A DNA stretch of 64,000 nucleotides from Callorhinchus milii (taxonomy: Eukaryota): NCBI RefSeq assembly GCF_018977255.1, contig NW_024704742.1, positions 138,448,001 through 138,512,000 of the forward strand, in the 5' to 3' direction. Both the position numbers and the translations under genes were made by a program. Under the pieces are notes generated by a model. It was not told the origin of the DNA, did no database searches, and saw nothing but the letters and a program-made list of their open reading frames with translations. Shown here one piece after another: positions 59,087 through 64,000 of this stretch (positions within the stretch are counted from its first letter, which is position 1; each line of letters starts with the position of its first letter).

Positions 59087-62000
59087 CTTCAATACAGCAA
59101 AGACTTTCTTAATAATTTGATGCAGCACCTTATCACGTTAAGACGTCTCAAAGAGCTTCACGGGATACATCGTAAAGTGGATTGACTATTTTGAGGGAAA
59201 AACGCAGCAGCCAATTGCGCACAGCAGCGTCCCACAAACACTTATGGATTGAGTGACCAATTTATTTATTTATTCATTTTTTGGAAACTTGCCTAAGGTT
59301 TTGCCCTGCCCAGGAATTGAACCCAGGTCCTCTCATTTGTGAGGCGAGCACTCTAACCACTAAGCTACGGGACTCCATGCTTCTCTTCAACTCTCACAAG
59401 ATTGTCAGAGAGCTTCGGGTGAAGAGGGCCCTTCACCCTGTTTGCTCTCATCTCTCACTCAGCCTCCCACCCTCCCTTCACTCCGAGCCATCCTTGCTCA
59501 CTCTGTTGAAGTGGATTGACTTCAAGATGTACACCCTGACCTTCACTTCCCACCAGGATCTCACTCCCTCTGCACTTCCCACTCCAGGCTGCTGCTCGCT
59601 CCTCCTTCCCACACCAAGGCAGAACCTTCAGTCACTATACCGGCATAGTGGGAGTTGTCAACTGTTGTGGTTTGATCCACTTGTTACTACTTCATTGGCA
59701 GATGCTGAGATAGGTCTGGGAACACATCAGAGAGGTTCCATAGAGAGCTTAATCCTTTCAATTCCATCCACCAGATCTTTCTCCATCCTCCTCTACGTGC
59801 CTGATTACACCAGGAAATTAAATTTAATAGAGGTGTTCAAAATCATGAGGGGTTTTGATAGAATAGTTCGGGAGAAACTGTTTCCTCTGGCGGGTGGGTC
59901 GTTAACCAGAGGACACAGATTTAGGATAATTGGCAAAAGAACCAGAGGGGAGGGAGACAATTTTTTTTTACCCAGAGAGTTGTTACGGTCTGGAATGCAC
60001 TGCTTGAAAGGCCGGTGGAAGCAGATTCAATAATAGCTTTCAAAAGGGAATTAGGTAGGTACTTAAACAGGAAACATTAGTAGTATAATGGGCTAAGAGC
60101 GGAGAGTGGATTAGTTGGGGTAAGAGTGGGACTAGTTGGGGTAAGAGAGGGGGAGTGGGACTAGTTGGGGTAAGAGCGGGGGAGTGGGACTAGTTGGGGT
60201 AAGAGCGGGGGAGTGGGACTAGTTGGGGTAAGAGCGGGGGAGTGGGACTAGTTGGGGTAAGAGCGGGGGAGTGGGACTAGTTGGGGTAAGAGCGGGGAGT
60301 GGATTAGTTGGGGTAAGAGTGGGGCAGTGGGACTAATTGGGGTAAGAGCGGGGGAGTGGGACTAGTTTGTAGCTCTTTCAAAGAGACAGCACAGGCACAA
60401 CACAACACAAAATTACACTTGTATAACATCTTTCACGTCGAGAGGATGTCCCAAGGTGCTGGAATGGGGCGAATGGTCTCCTTCTGTGCTGTAAGATTCT
60501 ACGATTTTATAATGGTATAATGCTAATGGTGTTGAATTAAAGGGATGGGGCTGAACTACAGTTAGAATGGTGCATTAGTGTGCTGGAGACACGAGGAGCA
60601 TTGAGACCAGCTCAGCATAATAGCATAAGCATTTGCGCGGCTAAAGATGACAACAACTTGGATTTATATCGCGCCATTCACGCACGGTAGAGTTCCAGAG
60701 CGCTTGACAGTGGCGGAGTCTGACATTGAGCCGGTGTGGGGGTGACCTTAAGCAAGACCAAAAAAGGGCTTTAAGTGGGATTTGAAGGTGGGGAGGGAGG
60801 GGGTAAGGCAAAAGGATTGAGGGAGAGGGTTCCAGAGTTTCGGGGCGTACTGGCTGAGGGCACGACCACCGACGGTGGAACGGAGGGCATGAGGGACAAA
60901 CAGGAGGCTGGAGGCAGTCGAGCGGAGGGGGGAGTGGGGGGTGAGCAGGTCGGGGAGGCAGGGAGGGGCGATTTGAAAATGAGTGAGAGGATCTTGAAGT
61001 TGATCCGTTCAGTGATTGGGAGCCAGTGGAGCCTGACGCGGACTTGTGTGGTGGGGTCTACCAAGGTTGGTCTCCACCATCCTGGCAGCCGCTTGACATG
61101 TCGTGTTCCAAACTATATATTATATCCCCAGATATTATTTTCCAGCGGATATCTATCTAATTTGTTCTTGAAACAACCAACACTTTCTGCTTCCACTACC
61201 TGTCTCCCTAGGGAGCCTGTTCTATACATTTATTACTCACTCCCTGAAGTAGTGTCTCTGCAGATTTGTTCTGAATTTACCCCCATTAATCTCAGGCCGT
61301 GTTGCCTGGTTCTACAGTTCAGTACGAGATAGAACAGCTTATCATGATCTACATTATCTATTCCCTTCGGAACGTTGAAGCAGTTGGTGATGGTTCAGGA
61401 TTAATCATTACCTTAAACCGCTTCCGAATGTCCTGTTCCTTCTTTTCTTTCTCTCTCTGTTCTCTCCGTTCCTGTTCCTGTCGCTTCCTGTCATCCTTTT
61501 CTCTTTTCTTCTCCATTTCCTTGATGTCCTTCCGTGACCTGCGAGAGGGGCAGGTGGCCGAGAGCAATCAAAGGCTTTCTAATAGCAATGTGTCTCACTC
61601 CTCCCTACCTCTGTGACCTGCTAACGCCATATCGACCTGTCCGCTCCCTCTGCTCAGTAGGCTCCAGCTTGCTCCACATCCCCTGCTTGGTTCGCCCCAT
61701 CATTGCCATTCGAGCCTTCAGCCTCTCTGTCCCCACCCTCTGGAACTCCATCGCACAGTCCCTTTGCTTCACACCCTCCTTCGCCTCCTTCAAGGCACAT
61801 CTCAAGACCCTCCTCTTCAACTGCGCATTCGGTCACCCTCCTACCCCCACCCTCCCTGCCCATCCACCCCTCCTGATCCCAACCTCCAACTCAGGTCCAA
61901 ATCTCTAACTATCCAGTGCTTTGGGATGTCTTCCTGACATGAAAGACACTGTAAATGTCATGTGTTGTTGTTGTCGCTGATGCTTTCAATCCACAGTTAA

Positions 62001-64000
62001 TCTGCAATCCTGAATAGAACTCTACCACAGGATAATAGTTTAGTCGCTCACACTCTCGCCTCAGGAGCAGGAGGTTTGTGGGTTCAAGCCCAACATCAGA
62101 GACTAAGCTCACATCTGGGCCGACGCTCCAATGCAGCGCTGGGGGAATACTGCAATGTCAGAGGCCATCCGTCAGATGAGACATCACATCGAGCTCCCTG
62201 TCTGTGTCTGTTGAGGTGGATAATAAGGTTTAAGGGTAAAGGGGTAGAGGGTAAACATTAGGCTATACCTGTAGCTGTCCAGATCCTCATACATCTCTCC
62301 ACCGGAATCCTCGTTCTGAAAACAAAAGTGTCATTTTAATCTTCGTCAGTTTAATCACCTTTAGCTTCTCCGATGTCAAACGTTAGGGCTTTGCTCACAA
62401 GAGCTGAATACTGCAGACCTGCTTGGCCCAGGAAACGGTCTGGAGACCATCACAGAGGCCTGGCTCGATTCCCACATTCCATTGCCAGGCATGTCACCTT
62501 GGGGCCAGTTCGGCTCCGAGGAGACCCCGCTAACCTCATCCCCAAGGAGGATAGTCACAGAATCTCTATCAGAGTGTGTTATACAGCGAGTTTCTCTGTC
62601 ATGGCTTTGTTATACAGTGAACTGCATTGAATTTTGGGCACTGTACCTCAGGAAGGATATATTAGCTTTGGAGGGGGTGCAGAGCAGATTCACCAGAATG
62701 ATACCGGGGTTTAAAGGGTTAAATTATGAGGACAGGTTGTATTAACTCGGTCTGTATTCCCTGAGGTTAGAAGGTTGAGGGCTGATCTGATTGAGGTGTG
62801 TACCATGATAAAGGGATTCGATAGGCAGCGACAGAGAAACTATTGCCTCTGGTGAGGAATCCAGAACAAGGCATCATCTTAAAATTAGAGCCGGACATTT
62901 AGCAGTGAAATCAGAGGCCGGTTTTCACCCAAAGGCCAATGGGAATCTGGAACTCTCTCTCTCTCTCTCCCCCCAAAAGACCTTGGATTATAACTGGATC
63001 CTTTCACATTGTCCAGCCTGAGGTGGAGAGATGTTTGTTAGGTCGGGGATCCAGGGATATGGGGCAAAGGCGGGTAATTGGAGTTGAGGTACAGATCAGC
63101 CATGATCGAAGATTATGGTGGAACAGGCTGGAGTGGCTGAATGGCCTCTCCTGTTCCTATGTTCTATGTTGCTGTAGACCTGGCCGGGGAGATGGAATCA
63201 CAGGGATTATCTGATGTAAAATCTCACCTCTTCGGGAGAGTTTGACCGTTTCTGGCGATCTGTAATTATAAATGTGATTACATTGTAAATAAGTACAAAT
63301 CAGATCATTGAACTGAGAGCTCAAACACACACTCAGATAGTCAGCACAACAACTAACCCACTCTTTCTCTCTCTCTCTCTGTTTTCTCTCTCACCCTTTC
63401 CCCCTCTGTGTCTTTCTCATTTCTTCCATTATTCTCTCTCTTTCTCTGTTTCCTTTTCTCTCTCCTCCCGTTGCTTTCTATCTTTCCAGTTCTATTTTGT
63501 TATTTTTCTCCCTCTCTCTCATGGAGACCTTGCGGAGTACTGTAGCTCACTGGTTGAAGCCCTCGCCCCGCAAGCGAAAGGACTTGGGTTTGATTCCTGG
63601 ACAGGGCAAAACATTGGGCAAGTTTCCTTACCCCACACGCCTCTGTTTACCAGCAGTCAGTAGGAACTCGGTTGTTAGTCGATTGGCGGATCACTTTTTC
63701 GGGGTAATAATCCCTCCAAAAAAAATAATAATTTGGTCACTCAATCCACGACTGTTTGTGGGACACTGCTGTGCGTAGTGTTTTGCCCGTAAAATATACA
63801 GTCACTACACCTTACAGTGTATGCTGTGAAGCGCTTTGAAGGCGTGATAAAGCGCTGTATCAAATGCAAGGATTATTATTATGAAATGTGAGACGAGGCG
63901 TTCAGAGCACAGTCAGACAGTGGAGCTGTGAGGAGGCCGAGCATACCTTCTAGTTTCAGTGGGGGGAGCGGGGGAGGTAAGGGTCCTGCTGGGGAGACAT
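58927..64000 (-). CDS. FYB1: FYN-binding protein 1 (ADAP/SLAP-130), internal coding exons joined; partial at both ends
   Basis: Five phase-compatible exons give [58 protein letters not shown]...[14 protein letters not shown]...[32 protein letters not shown]; matches the FYB coiled coil plus N-terminal helically extended SH3. Position upstream of RICTOR on the same strand matches mammalian synteny and favours FYB1 over PRAM1/FYB2. Confidence 0.88.
59820..60510 (+). mobile_element. CR1 3' end with expanded minisatellite
   Basis: [23 protein letters not shown]; 3' UTR. Confidence 0.88.
60100..60367. repeat. 29-bp minisatellite GGGGTAAGAGCGGGGGAGTGGGACTAGTT, ~9 units
   Basis: direct tandem array within CR1 3' UTR. 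Confidence 0.95.
60648..61042 (-). mobile_element. L2 LINE 3' fragment
   Basis: [22 protein letters not shown]. Confidence 0.82.
61412..61538 (-). CDS. FYB1: FYB1 coiled-coil exon (127 nt)
   Basis: cag|[42 protein letters not shown]|gtaat. Confidence 0.9.
61600..61975 (+). mobile_element. L2 LINE 3' fragment
   Basis: [28 protein letters not shown]; (TTG)n. Confidence 0.83.
62269..62315 (-). CDS. FYB1: FYB1 acidic Tyr-motif exon (47 nt)
   Basis: tttcag|[15 protein letters not shown](R)|gtata; resembles FYB1 QDSEGETYEDI. Confidence 0.8.
62615..63168 (+). mobile_element. CR1 3' fragment
   Basis: [26 protein letters not shown]; 3' UTR. Confidence 0.85.
63228..63259 (-). CDS. FYB1: FYB1 candidate micro-exon (32 nt)
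   Basis: tacag|(D)[10 protein letters not shown]|gtgag; phases 1 to 0 bridge both neighbouring exons. Confidence 0.55.
63533..63882 (+). mobile_element. tRNA-derived SINE
   Basis: family match. Confidence 0.88.
63947..64000 (-). CDS. FYB1: FYB1 proline-rich exon (3' part, cut by window end)
   Basis: [17 protein letters not shown]+G then donor gtatgc; phase 1 fits the next exon. Confidence 0.65.

Overview
Repeat-dense vertebrate genomic DNA. The SINE/L2/CR1 landscape suggests a cartilaginous fish, possibly a holocephalan (inference). Two minus-strand protein-coding genes are present. (1) The 5' part of RICTOR (mTORC2 scaffold): coding exons 1-16 from ATG 53434 down to 1323, all GT-AG and phase-consistent, 1400 nt in total, with a CpG-island promoter and a ~29 kb intron 2; the gene continues past position 1. 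(2) A middle portion of FYB1/ADAP (5 exons, 58927-64000: proline-rich, acidic Tyr motif, coiled coil, N-terminal hSH3), in the same order and orientation as the mammalian FYB1-RICTOR pair. Its 3' exons are not visible and probably lie in the 25-N gap at 57812-57836. The rest is mainly transposon-derived: >30 copies of a tRNA-Ala-derived SINE sharing a 3' hairpin with L2 LINEs, L2 and CR1 fragments, Deu-domain SINEs, two MITEs and minisatellites. I found no convincing new gene system. The best leads are retroelement biology (an apparently non-autonomous L2 lineage, an L2-type loop in a SINE subfamily, fold-back junctions, SINE orientation bias, an unclassified old repeat) and a candidate overlapping uORF in RICTOR. 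Repeat boundaries are approximate. All homology calls were made by eye from remembered sequences, not by database search.
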